From positions 8,370,001-8,434,000 of the forward strand of contig CM120643.1 in assembly GCA_051362555.1 (NCBI GenBank): DNA of 64,000 bases, given 5' to 3'. Made by a program: the position numbers and the translations under genes. This stretch comes from Lingula anatina. Lineage: Eukaryota > Animalia > Brachiopoda. The number at the start of each line of letters is the position of its first letter. The first letter of the stretch is position 1. The notes under the pieces were generated by a model. The model ran no database searches. It was not told the origin of the DNA and saw nothing but the letters and a program-made list of their open reading frames with translations. This document shows, one piece after another, positions 47,801 through 60,043 of this stretch.

Positions 47801-50800
47801 AGCAATTTAGTGAGCCTCCCCAGGGAGTTAGTTCGATCCAGCTGGATTGATCTAGGCATGGGAATACAGTCTAAGTCTTATTATGGTGTTTTTCTTTTTT
47901 TTTTTATTCACTTGTGTTTTTACAAGAAAAAAAACATAAACAGGCTGTCATAATATCCGGCTACTATTTCCTACATTATACCTTCACTAGTGTAAGTGTT
48001 ACTATTTTGGTTAGTAGCTGGGGGGTGTTTTCTATATGTAGGTGTCTGGACTTCTTAGGGTGTGTTCCCAATGAAGCTTATGTACTAGGTAGATTGATCC
48101 AACTCCGTGGGGACTCTCCCTGCATACAGTCAGATTAAGTGAATGACATGCCTCTGCAAGCAGCTGGGGGGGGGGGATAAACTTTTGTCTGCATTCAGTT
48201 GTACTCAAAATGAAGTGAATTTAAAGCTTTCATAAGCGTATTCACCCCTAGCTGCTCGACTAGACAAGTCATTCAGTTCATCTGGGCTTCGTAACTCGAA
48301 AGCATCGCGTATTGTGAATAGCGATTTCACATAGAGGCTACAATGTATTATATGGGGCAAGTATAGGCGAGTTATGTTATCGAGATGTTTGCGCTCGGTC
48401 GCAATGCGCAATGCTTTCGAGTTACGGGGCCCTGATTGCATGTAGAGAGAATCCCCTCAGAGTTGGATCGATCTACCTGGTACGATAGTGCCATTGTGAA
48501 TGCACCCTTAGATATTCTCAGGACATTTGACCACAGGTCATTTCAGAGCAGTGACCTTAGGTTGGGTCAACAAGAGATCACCAAGAGGCCATTAACTACA
48601 CTGATTAAAAAGCCCTTTTAAATATGCCTATAGGGAGTCATAATTGTTTATTGTTGTTGGTGTAAAGTTTTAGACTACAAGTTTCAAAATTCTTTCATAA
48701 CACAGACATCAGGTCATTTGCAGATAACCTTTTTAACTTCAATTTGTTCTTTTGTTTCAGTTATTATATATATATATATATATTTTATTTTGCAGACAAG
48801 CTTGAAAAAAAAAACCTTGTTCTGATTTCTCAATCTTTAAATTTGTATTTGCTTGCATAGTTCATATTCTTCTTTAGCTTTTGTTGTTGACAACAGTAGC
48901 TTGCCTTAGGCCAATTATACTTAAAGCTGATGGCCAGTAAAGCTCCTATGTAAGTCTTTATATACCATTTGGAAGGAATGAGATGTGGTGTGACGAAAGT
49001 ATTTATGACACTGGTTAAGGTTCTTCTGTTTATCAACGGGTATCTTGTTTTGACCCTAGGTGTTATTGTTGTACTGTAAAATGTGATATATGACAGAATA
49101 AACATTCTCTTATCAATGTTTTGACATTCCTGAAAGGTTTTTAGGAAGGTGAAACTTATGGTATAATTGCTTGATAGAGGATAGAATTGAAGTTTGTTCC
49201 AATACTGTTATACTATTTTCAGTTAATATTAAGATAAAATTTTTGGCCCAGTAATAAGAAATTTAATTTATACCCACTCTTTTAACTGCTTAAATGTTTA
49301 ATTTAATTGAAAGCTTTCATTTTTGATTTCACATGGCAAAAACTGCCATTGCAAGAAGCTAAAAGTAGGATAACATTGTGAAACAAGTAAAGATAATTAA
49401 AAGTACAGTCTATTTATAATCACAGTACTTGAACAGTGCAGTGGTAACTTTCTGTTAGCTTCTCAAGTATGAGCTAAAAAAAAATCAGAGTAAACTAGTG
49501 TAAAAAAACACAGAATGTTTATAATAAATACAAACTACGCAATTTGTACAAAATTTATGGCCCTCTTATGTCCTTCCTGTGCCAGAAGATTACAGAAGGA
49601 AACGTCTACTTCTGTTCTCTTTTCAAGTCCCATAGGGGTATGACTGATTGACAATTATAATTAAAAAAAAAAAACTTTGCCAAAAAAAAAATAATAATAA
49701 TAATAGGGTATTATTTATTCATCTCTAATTATCTCTGACTTAAGTCTGAAGGTGGAAAAGTAACCCTTCCCTACCCTTCCAACAAAAAAGACAACTTCTT
49801 TCTCTTTAGTTGTCAGTAATTGAGAACGAGGTTCAAAACATTACCCTGCCAAAAATCATAATTTACTAACTTTAAGTTGTCAGTGACCTTGCACTGACAG
49901 ATTCCTAGTGAATAACTTGCTATATTATCATTGCCATAAATTATGTGATTTAATGTTCCACTGGCATTTTCCGTTCTGCTTTATGGCCCTGTGCATTAAC
50001 TGTCTTACATATATATTTTGACTTGAGAAAAAAAAAGTAGAGAAATAAGTGAGAGACTTGCGGTGGCATAAAGTACGTTGGATCAAATGTTACAGGTCTT
50101 GATGAATATATATATCCGTAACATGACAACGTGGCATACATATCTTTTTTTAAATGTGATATAATTTATATTTTATTGTGATACTTTTGACATAGTTAAT
50201 GCTTGGATATATATATATATATATATATATATTTGTGAATGCTGGAAACAAATATTTATAAACTCTAATCTAAATCTAACGTAAATGATTGTTTTTATAT
50301 AATGAAATGTATTGCCTGCTGAAGTTTCATTTTTTATTTAAATTTAAGTGTTTTTCATCTGTGCTTTTTTTTTTAAAATTTCAAATGAAAAATAGTTATA
50401 ATAAACGAAAACATGTTCCTTGGCAATAAGGAATATCCACCTGTCACCAAAAAAGAGAAAAAAGTACTGAATAAAAATTACAAACCTTTCCAAAGTTTTA
50501 AACCAATAAAATAAACTAATTCAAAATGACCACTTTTTATAGGGGGACTGACCTTGTTCAGTAAAGCCCCCTTTACACCGGACGGCATCCTTTCTGCATC
50601 CCGTAGTATGGCACTGAGAGTAAAAAAATAAATAAATAAATAAAAATAAACAATAATACTTTACGTGCTGACAACTGGCCGATTATTGAGCACTCATTTT
50701 GCAAGCAAAGCGGTGCTTGTGCCTCTTTTTTATGACCACAGCGATGCCAGTTTCATGGTTGCACAAAGGACACAAAAAGGTCACCGTCCAGTGTAAATGG

Positions 50801-53800
50801 GGTTAAAGCAACAACAGGTGAGGTACCCCCAGTGAGTACACCCAGTGGGTACTAGTACACCCAGTGGGACCAAGTGAACATAATGGAAATACTGGAAAAC
50901 ATAGATATGAATTGATGTCTGACTAAGGATTCTTGGAAATGGAGAATGAATGGAGTTCCTGGTGTTTAAGCACAGCATTGTGTCCTAATCCAAGTCTTTA
51001 AGTATTAGTTTTCTCATCTCCCATTACGCATTGACCAATCACAGTGGAGATTGTGTTAATAAGAAATGTTAATAAGAAAAAAGGACTGTTTATGGTCTCT
51101 TAATAGAGTTGTGAACTTTTCAGTCAACTGGATTCACTATTGTTTTCAGTGTGACGCAGATCGTGGATGGTCTCCGCCAAGTCTATGCCAGTTTCCTCGT
51201 ATCAATGGCTACATGATGGAGATGCTATTTGCCTAAAATGATGGCCCCCTCCATCTTCTCCAGACCCTGGCACTGATGTGATTGTAAAGAATTGATGGCC
51301 TATTCATCTTTCTGATATGGAAGCCATTTTCATTAGACCCCCAACAGGGAGTCATTTGTAGGTTCTGCGCTGTATCATTCCGCCATACTATGTTCATCAT
51401 TTTCTCCGATAATTGTCAGCTCATGCCATAATTGTCACAGATTATATGGATTATATGCTCTGTGACCCCACAGTCAATGGTGAACCAAATTGTGCTAAAA
51501 ATGGGACTGAAGTCAAAGCTCTTTTATGATAAATACACTGTGAAAATAAATTCGTAGTATTTCATAAAAGAAAGTGCAGTATGATCTGACCAAAAATTAG
51601 GTTACTTTTGATCAAACCAAAAATGATAACCTTGTCATAAAAATGGTCATTCACATCTATATAATAACTGCATGTAAAATATTTGACTTCAAAAATATTC
51701 TGTTCCCTTGTTTGTTTTTTTTTTTTTTTTTTTCACTAACTAAACTTGGACAGCAGCATGGTCCTAATCCACCTGTACTGCTATCAGAAAAAAATGGTTT
51801 GCTTGATGAAGGTGCAGAGGGGAAATGTCTTTGTATCAAAATAAAATAAGTTTTGTGATTGATTGGTATTATATGACATTGATATACCACTACAAAGATG
51901 AGGGTTGGCAATAAATTTCACTTAAAATGAACAAAATTCATATTGGTCTAAAAATGCGTTTTGTGACTGCCTTTGAATGAATGGCAAAGATGAAGTTGGC
52001 CATTAGGGGAAAAGCATTAAAAATCATTTGTATCAAAATCATTTGTATTAGAGTGATCCATGCCAAGAATGCGCCCAATGTGCCTTGAAAATAGATAACT
52101 TATCAACTGTTTTTGCTCTGACATCCAGGTATGACAAGATAAAATCACCTGTATTCTACCTGTCATGTAATTATGGATAGCTACAACGTCAATTGCAGTA
52201 AGTTTTGATACAGGTATTTCTAATAAATAGCTAGGATTGGGTTTCAAGGCGATACCCTGGTTTTCACTAGTCTGATGGTGACTCTCTCCCACTCAGAATA
52301 AGAGACCATCACCATTTCTGTGCTCAGTTTCTGACACACAGGGTTGCATGTGTTGGCACCAGGTGTAAATCATAACACCACACCTTTTAGACTGTTGATT
52401 GAAAGCCAGACATGAAATAAATTCATTAGGAGGTGCAAAGTTGTATAAGTTTTTAAATGAAAAACAGTACTGGGACATATGTAATGACATTTTATGAACA
52501 ACTTTAATATGAAAAGGAATCCAATAAAATCACACCTTAAAAATATTTATTTCATGTTACATCAAGCTGTCAGGTATATTGAGATAAAGAGATTAAGAGG
52601 ATGCTTAAATCATAGAATCAGATATGCTACCCATACTACAAATTTGCTAGTGACAGTTGGGCCTGAACCAGTCAAGGTTGATAGCCATGTCTGAACTCGT
52701 CTTATGTGAAGAGAATTTCATCTGGGGAACTATTCCAGAGCCTGACACGTCAGAGGGGAAAACCTCACATGATCAGTTGGTGAATAATCCAGTTACTGCT
52801 TGTCTTTTCTCATTTGTCTCCGTGACCTGTAATTTGCACTTTGAGATGTTAGGATCTTTTTACTTTATGTTTAGTAAATTAAAAGTGATAGGAAGTGAAG
52901 AAGGCAGACACAAGATTAAAGGAGAGGCTGGCTCCTAAATAAGCTTTTTAGGGCCTGGCTAATTATTTTCTAGACAGGGAGAAATGTAAAATTGTGTGTT
53001 ATTGAGAGTGGGCAGGTACAATGTACTTGTCAGGTTGAGTTCACACTAGACTGATTAGGGGCCACATCAGGTATGATGTAAAGCCCCCTTCACACTGGAC
53101 GGCGTCCTTTCTACGTCCAGTAGTACGGCCCCATTTGAGAGTATAATAAAATCATACTTGCTGACAACTGGCCAATCATTGAACATTCATTCTGCAAAGT
53201 GGTGCTTGTGCTTCCTTTCTAAGACCACAGCGCTGTCAGTTTCATGGTCACACAAAGGATGCAGAAAGGACGCCATCCAGTGTAAAAGGGGTTTATGTAA
53301 ATGATGTCATCAGTGCTGATTGCAATCAAGTGGGATTTAATACTGTATCATTGTAAGGTATGATCTAAGTTACGTCATGAGGGTAGGGAATACCTTTTGC
53401 GTTCCGCGTGATTGGCCTTATTTTGAGTGTGATGCGTTATTTGAGCCTAATATTCTGCATGAAACATGATTCAGGAATTCTTGGTGATTGACCTGAATAT
53501 ATCTTCGTGATTGAGCTGTTTTAATTCATGGTGATTGGTGATGGGGGGGGGGGGTATTCCCTACCCTCTCCTCTGTCATCAGTGCTGATTGCAATCAAGT
53601 GGGTGTTTATACAGCATCATTATAAGTGCTAGTTTTCACTCATCTGTATCCATGTTGAATTTGTTTGCAGAGTAATTTGCTGTGCAGGCAATGGCTTGAT
53701 TACAATTTAGATAAATGACATCATACTTTCTGTGTCTTGAGTGAAGTGTTCACTACAAGTATGTCATTAGAAAAACTTAGGTAATTATTGAATGTTCACC

Positions 53801-56800
53801 AACCAGGCATGTAGAAAAGCGAGGTGGGAGGTCAAATGAACCACCCTTTAGTTACAAAAGGTCCACTCTGAATCCAAATTTGATGGAGTTTCTATACCAT
53901 TTCACTATACTTAAGAGGATAAAAAGTCCATTTTTTCAGAAAAAGAACACCCTCCTTGAAGTTGCTGACCACTTTGTCTGCCTCCAAACAACTGCGCTCC
54001 ATGCATCCAGGTGGCTTACTGCTGAGCTTGCAACCATCTTGTTCTTACAGTTGACTGATGAAATCAAGTAGAATTCTTCTGAACCCTTTCAGTTTATTTA
54101 CTGTGAACACTCCATTTGTCGACAGCCTGCTGATGGCATAATTAAATGATGACATCATACAAAAGGCTTAATTCTGAAACCATTCTATTTATAGATCTGT
54201 GAACATGCTGATTGTTATGCTAACAAATGCCTGATGATGCCGTTGGCGGATGACAGCAAGTAGAGTACGTGTTTAACAGCCTACTTCATTTCAGCCTGTG
54301 TGAATATGTTCCTTTAGTTTTGGTAGGTTAACTGTTCACAGGGGCAGAATCTACCACTATTATGCGGTAAGACACCTGTGCTCTACTGGTGAATTGTTTA
54401 CAATTTTGCTCTTTTTTTACAGCAACAGCAGGTTGTAACAGCTTGAACAGGCTACAGTAGGTAATTATAATGGCACCCATAGGATGCATTCAGGGGCGTG
54501 TTAACAAAAACTGTTTTAGTTAGAAACAGGCGCTTGATTGTATTCAACCCTGTGATAATCTCCTGTATCCCCACCCACTTGGCACTGAGCAGACTATTTA
54601 ACTTTATGAGAGCGGTGGATTGCAATCAAGTGTCTACTACCTAAAACGAGGATTGAAGTCTTCTATTTTAAAAATGATCTGAATACATTGATAGAATAAT
54701 TAATATTTATCACTGAATTATAATATCAAAACCACCTGTGTCATATGACTAACGAAAAACTCTATGCTTCTGTGATTCTTAAAGATAACATATATAAGAA
54801 AAAGCAGCAACTCTGGCCTAAGCATTACATGTATCTCTGCTGTAGCTGCTGCCATTCTGTTTTAGGAGAAAGAATGATGATGATGGAGATGATAAGGAAA
54901 TACAGATTCATGATTTCTAGATCCATTTTTTTTTTCTTTTTGCTAACTGTTGGCAGTTTTAACCACACATTCTTGGTCAGGACTTACTTCCTTGTATTAT
55001 TGGAGATCTTATGGAGTTACCAAAAAATGACCCTTTTTTATGACGCTGCAGTAACCAAAGTAACTTGTCATGTCATGTGAAGTGACAAATCTTTATGATA
55101 AGAATGAGTAACAGTTGTCTACTTGAAAGCTGTGATTTCACAAGTACAACTTGAAACAGACTTTATGTGATGGCCAGATTGGCCTTTTAGTTTTCCTTTT
55201 AAGTGCGATTGCTGTTGAAATATGATGTAAGATAATTAAGATGGATATGCTGGGTATGGAGACTACACCACCTGATGTTGCCAATCTCTGTGGAAATATT
55301 CTTGTTACATTTTCTGTGATTTTGCATTTTTTTTAAACAGTCTATTGTGTGGAGTTTGCATCTTTGATATTGAAGATTGAAGCAAGTTATTTGATTTACT
55401 ACATATGAGGAAGTTAAGATTCTGATTTTGTTGTTTTCTGTATTATGAATCAGCATTCCAGGTGTGTATTCAGCTGTGAAATAACAGTTGGATGTTGTTG
55501 ATTGGCAGCGATTAGTTCTGACGTCCATTGTTATTGGAATATGTTATCTGGTGTGAATGGAAGAAATTACATTAATCAGACTTGTCATAATTAAATCAGC
55601 ATTAATAAGAACAGCAAGTTATGATGCACTACATACAGTTGGGCATTAGATTACTTTGTTACATTTTTTTGTTATCAAGCCCAGTGTATATCTCTAAAGG
55701 CAATGGGTTTATTATATAAATGTAGCAGACAACTTAATTATGGAACACGATCTCTTTGTAAAAAAAAACTATTTCCACCAATAAAAGGGGGAGTAGGGAG
55801 GAGGTACGCAAAATACATAGAGGAGTTTTAGAAATGGACTTAATGAAATTTTAACTGACTTTTTTCCTCATTTTCAGCTGAAGAGCTTGATATTAAAGCG
55901 ACAGGCAATTGTCTCAATGAGAATCTGCTGCCAGATGGCGCTGGTGGACTTTCACTGCCAGGAGGAGCCAGTGACACAGAAGAGGATGAAGAGCCCAGTG
56001 ATGAAGAAGAAGGCAATGCTACTGGCCCCAGTGAAACCAACTACTCAGCAGTTAGTGTAAAAACAGAACAGTGCAATGAGCAGTCTGTGGCATTCCTGGA
56101 TTATCATCAGAAAAACAGTAGCAAGTCTGCTCTGAGGGACTTTCTTCAAAGCAAAATCGAAGGTACCATAGGTTGTGGTAATTCCATGTCTGATATGTTC
56201 TCTAACATGGGCAATTCGGATGAGGAGAGAGAAGAAGAAGAGGGCGATGACGATGACGGACCTCTTGATTTGTCAGTTAAACCAAAAAAGCCAAAGTTCT
56301 CTGTTCCAATACAAGATACAGAATCGGATGCAGAGTATCTATATGGGCTGTCTTCCCTGGCTTCTCTGGAGAGAAAATTTGGGGTACCATGGCAGGAAAA
56401 AAAGAGGAAAACTGCAAATAGGAACCCAAGCTCAAAAAGGACTAATGAGATGCATAAACATAGTAAAAGTCTTCAAGGAAGCTATGTGCAGTTGTCTGTC
56501 GGTTTCCCGAGTGAGCAGTCATTGAAGTGTTCCTCCTCTTCATCTGTCACAGTCGGTTCCACTGTGTCAGTGCCCATTGCCGCCACGGTCCAAAACATTG
56601 CCAGTTCTGCTCTGCACTCCAACATTCAAACAAGTGCAGACAGAGTGGCAAAGATTTTAGATAATGTAAAAAAAGGACTTTATGGTGGTGAGGCATTGGA
56701 GCCTGCTTCAGTTAAATCTAATTCTGTCACAGCTGGTTCAGAGTTACAAAAGGACAGGCTTGTAATCCGCAGTTCTTTACACTCAAATATACAGTCCAGC

Positions 56801-59800
56801 TATGAAACTGTTGCAAAGTTGCTGAAAGGTAACAGCAAGGCAGGAACAGGCAAACAGATTAATCTGCAACAAGAAAGCAAAGAGAAATGCAGTGTGCCAC
56901 CACAGCAATGTTCAACAATATGGATACCTAAAGATTCTAGTGTGGCAGATCCCAGGATAGGGTTTCCTGGTTCAGAATTGGCCAACTCAGACAGTGAGTC
57001 TAACTTTACTAACTTTGTGTGCAGTTGCTCCCAGAAGTACTACAGCTTATATGACCTCAGTGTGCACATTAAAGAGACTGGCCACCAGCCTTCCTCAAAC
57101 ATGCGAAATCAGGGGGCCGAATTTCCCAAACTTGTAAGAGGACAAGACATGTGGCTCCACCACAGTCCTGAGCAGACACGGCAGATTTTACGGTGTATAA
57201 AATGTGGAGAATCGTTCAGGTCTCTCCCTGATTTAACTGTGCATATGATGAAAACGGAGCACTATCAGAAGTTCTTCATAGCAGATCGTAAAATCTACCA
57301 CAAAGCTAACAAAGATGAGGAGGAGATGGGAAACCCTGTCTTTAAGTGCAAGGTGTGCCACCTTGTTTTTGCAGACTTGAAAAATTTAGGCACACATTTA
57401 GCAGAATCGGGTCATCACAGCCAATCACACAGCAGACGTCTGCGCCCAAAGACAAGCCTCGCACAATCTCAGAATGGTGAAGAAGCGGCCACTAGCAGCA
57501 CTTCTTCATCAACAATGAAGAAAATAAACCCTACTGATTTGGGTTCCACAAAACGAAGCTCCATCCCAAAGGAAAAATCAGACATGGAAACACCTTGTTC
57601 TTCCTCTGCCACAGGACTATCCATTCCAGCAAGCCAGGTTGTGTCTCCATCACAATCGGTGACTTATATGTCGCCCTTCCTTACCACATCTGAACCTATT
57701 ACCACTGTATCACCTATGGTTGGGTTGACCAACATGGCCGCCGCTCTCACATCAGCCTCAGCATTCAAGCCCACTACCGTGAATCATCAGAGTCATGGAT
57801 TAAGTCAGCCATCTAGTGTTGAACCTGGTGGGCAAAATATCCATTGTCGACAGAGTTTTGTGAACGTAATCAAGGACATTTCTACTGGCAAGAGTGTAGA
57901 ATCCAGTATCAGTCAGCCATATAGTCAGTTGTTATATGGAAATCCATTGGCCAGTCTTGCCGCTGTGGCAACGACTTTATCTAAAGCAGAGACCAAAGTG
58001 ACAGACTCTTCTGTATTAGTAACAAAAACAACCAAAGCTCAAAGAAGTCCTACTGTTGCTAGGTTACTTGAAAGCAAACGAGGGGGAGGTATTCCTGCAG
58101 AATGCTCCCTGCCTCCTACGTACCCTTTGCTGAGCACAATCACATGTGAAAACTGCCATAAAAAGATTGAAGCAGCCATGTTTGTAGATCATGTTAGAGA
58201 CTGTATCAACGTTGCTTTGACCCAAGGAACGCAGAACAGTGAGGAAAACATGGAAAAAGAAGGCGACAGTGGGCAAACCCCAGCAAGACAGCCAGTCAAG
58301 ACTGTACCCAAAGAATTGGAAGATAAATCAAATCCAGAAGCTGCGACAGTTATTGTAAAAAAAGAGCCCAAATCTCCCTCCCCTGAAAATGAATCTCTCT
58401 CTTCAAGTTTCGGAGGAGCTGCACATGGGGGACTGTACATAAACCCTGATGATGAACCAAGTAACACAAAAAACATCACGTCATCATCTTCACTCAAAGT
58501 ATTGGAAAATCTTTTCGATAAATACAGCAGCAGCAGCAGTAACTCCATTGTCCACCAGTCAAACGTACCAGTTGCAGCAGCAGCAACATCAACGGTTCCA
58601 GTGAGGAATGTTCTGTTGAAAGGTTCCTATTACCACCATTGGCAGCTACAGCAGCAACACCTCAGCAGACCCATTATCTACAGACAACAGCAAGCCAAAG
58701 CCAGCCACAGTGGCTACAGGAGCCAGCTAGATCAGAAACCTAATCCTAAAAGTAATAATAACGATGATGATCATAATGATCCAGAACCAGATGGTGGCAA
58801 AACTCCATCGCTTTCAATCACTGCTGCTGCCGACAGCAGCACAAGTGTGATACTGCCACCAGAAAGCAGCACTGGAGTTACGGACAGCTCCACAATTTTA
58901 AAAGCAATGGCAGACATGACATCGAGGGAGGAGGTCAAGGTTACCTCCACAGGGACGGGGACGGAGATTCTTAACCCACTAAATGCAAACGAGACCATAA
59001 ACTCCAAATCAGTGTTACAGTCTCTGCAGGGATTGGTGGATCACAGGACAAGCAGTGCAGAGCACCCGTTGGATAGTCTACGTAAGCTTCTGACACGCAC
59101 ACAGGTGGTAGAAATACGGAGGGAGTATCCAAGCTCTTTGAAAGCCAGCTCCCATTATGGGTGTATCAAGCAAAAACTCATTGATTCAAATGATAAAGAT
59201 AATACACGGGACTCTAAGTTAGAAAACTTGGCAGTGCATCACAATGGTGATGGATTCATTGATGGTAATGATGATGCTGATGTCGATGATGATGATGATG
59301 ATGATGATGTTTTTTTACCAGAGACGCCAAATGTTGTAAAGGAACAGATAAAAAGGGAAGAAGAGCTAAAGGTGAAGGAAGAGCAAACAGATAACACCAG
59401 TTCACAACAAGTCACACAGCAGCCTAACTCTTGCTACATGAGGTTAAGATCAAGGAAATACCTTCACCAACACCCAGGGGATAATAGTAAAAATGACACA
59501 CGACGAACAAATGGAGAATCCAAAGATGAAGACCATAACCAAAGCAGAGTAGAAGCAGGTGGGGCAAGATCACCAATCAAAGAGGAAGTGGAGGATGAGG
59601 AAGAGGAGGATGCAGAACAGGTTGCATCTATAAACAAGAATGGAGAAGTTGTGAACAAAACATCATCTTCTACAATAGAACACAGTGCCCCCAGCCCAGA
59701 CTCTTCCTCTTCTAATGATACCAATGATAGCAGGGAGAGTGCCAAATCCTGGGACAAGTGGGTTGATAAATTTCGCTGTGAGAACTGTCAAAGGCGATTT

Positions 59801-60043
59801 GTGACAAAAGGGTCGTTCAGATACCATCAGAGTCGCTGTACTCATTTGGTGGAAAAGAAGACAAAGCTCAAGGGAAAAATTTCCCTGCCTTACGACCCGT
59901 ATCAAGCCACACCATACATTTACATGCCATTAGATCACAATTCTAAAGAACATAAATTCTATGCTCCATTGAATCATCCATCTAAGTTTTCAAAATATTA
60001 CCAGCTTGCCAAAGAACTTGCCCACAAAGGCAGTAACCAGTGA
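41849..60043 (+). CDS. tsh: Teashirt/tiptop family zinc-finger transcription factor of about 1401 aa. Exons: 41849-41888 and 55878-60043
   Basis: Exon 1 reads MPRRKQECPKRHN (TSHZ-type N-terminus) with a GTGAGT donor, and joins in phase 1 to the large exon. Contains the CtBP motif PLDLS, KLVRGQDMWL...EQTRQILRCIKCGESFRSLPDLTVHMMKTEHY, and further spaced fingers. Confidence 0.93.
47623..47870. mobile_element. MITE family A-related copy with internal inverted rearrangement
   Basis: GGGACCATTCCCATAGA...GGCATGGGAAT ends, with internal GGGGAGTCTCACTAAATTGCT / AGCAATTTAGTGAGCCTCCCC inverted. Confidence 0.65.
48058..48507. mobile_element. MITE A-related copy (TTA TSD) interrupted by a palindromic MITE of about 150 bp (48283-48432)
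   Basis: TTA|GGGTGTGTTC...GAATGCACCC|TTA, with inner GGGCTTCGTAACTCGAAAGCAT...ATGCTTTCGAGTTACGGGGCCC. Confidence 0.7.
50565..50803. mobile_element. MITE family D (TAA TSD), with a second copy at 53082-53292
   Basis: AGCCCCCTTTACACCGGACGG...CCGTCCAGTGTAAATGGGGT, with interior shared with 53082-53292. Confidence 0.75.
53082..53292. mobile_element. MITE family D copy
   Basis: AGCCCCCTTCACACTGGACGGCGTCC...GGACGCCATCCAGTGTAAAAGGGGT. Confidence 0.75.
53378..53568. mobile_element. Short TIR element lying between two copies of a 30-bp direct repeat (53305 and 53574)
   Basis: GAGGGTAGGGAATACC...GGTATTCCCTACCCTC, with TGTCATCAGTGCTGATTGCAATCAAGTGGG occurring at 53305 and 53574. Confidence 0.65.
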
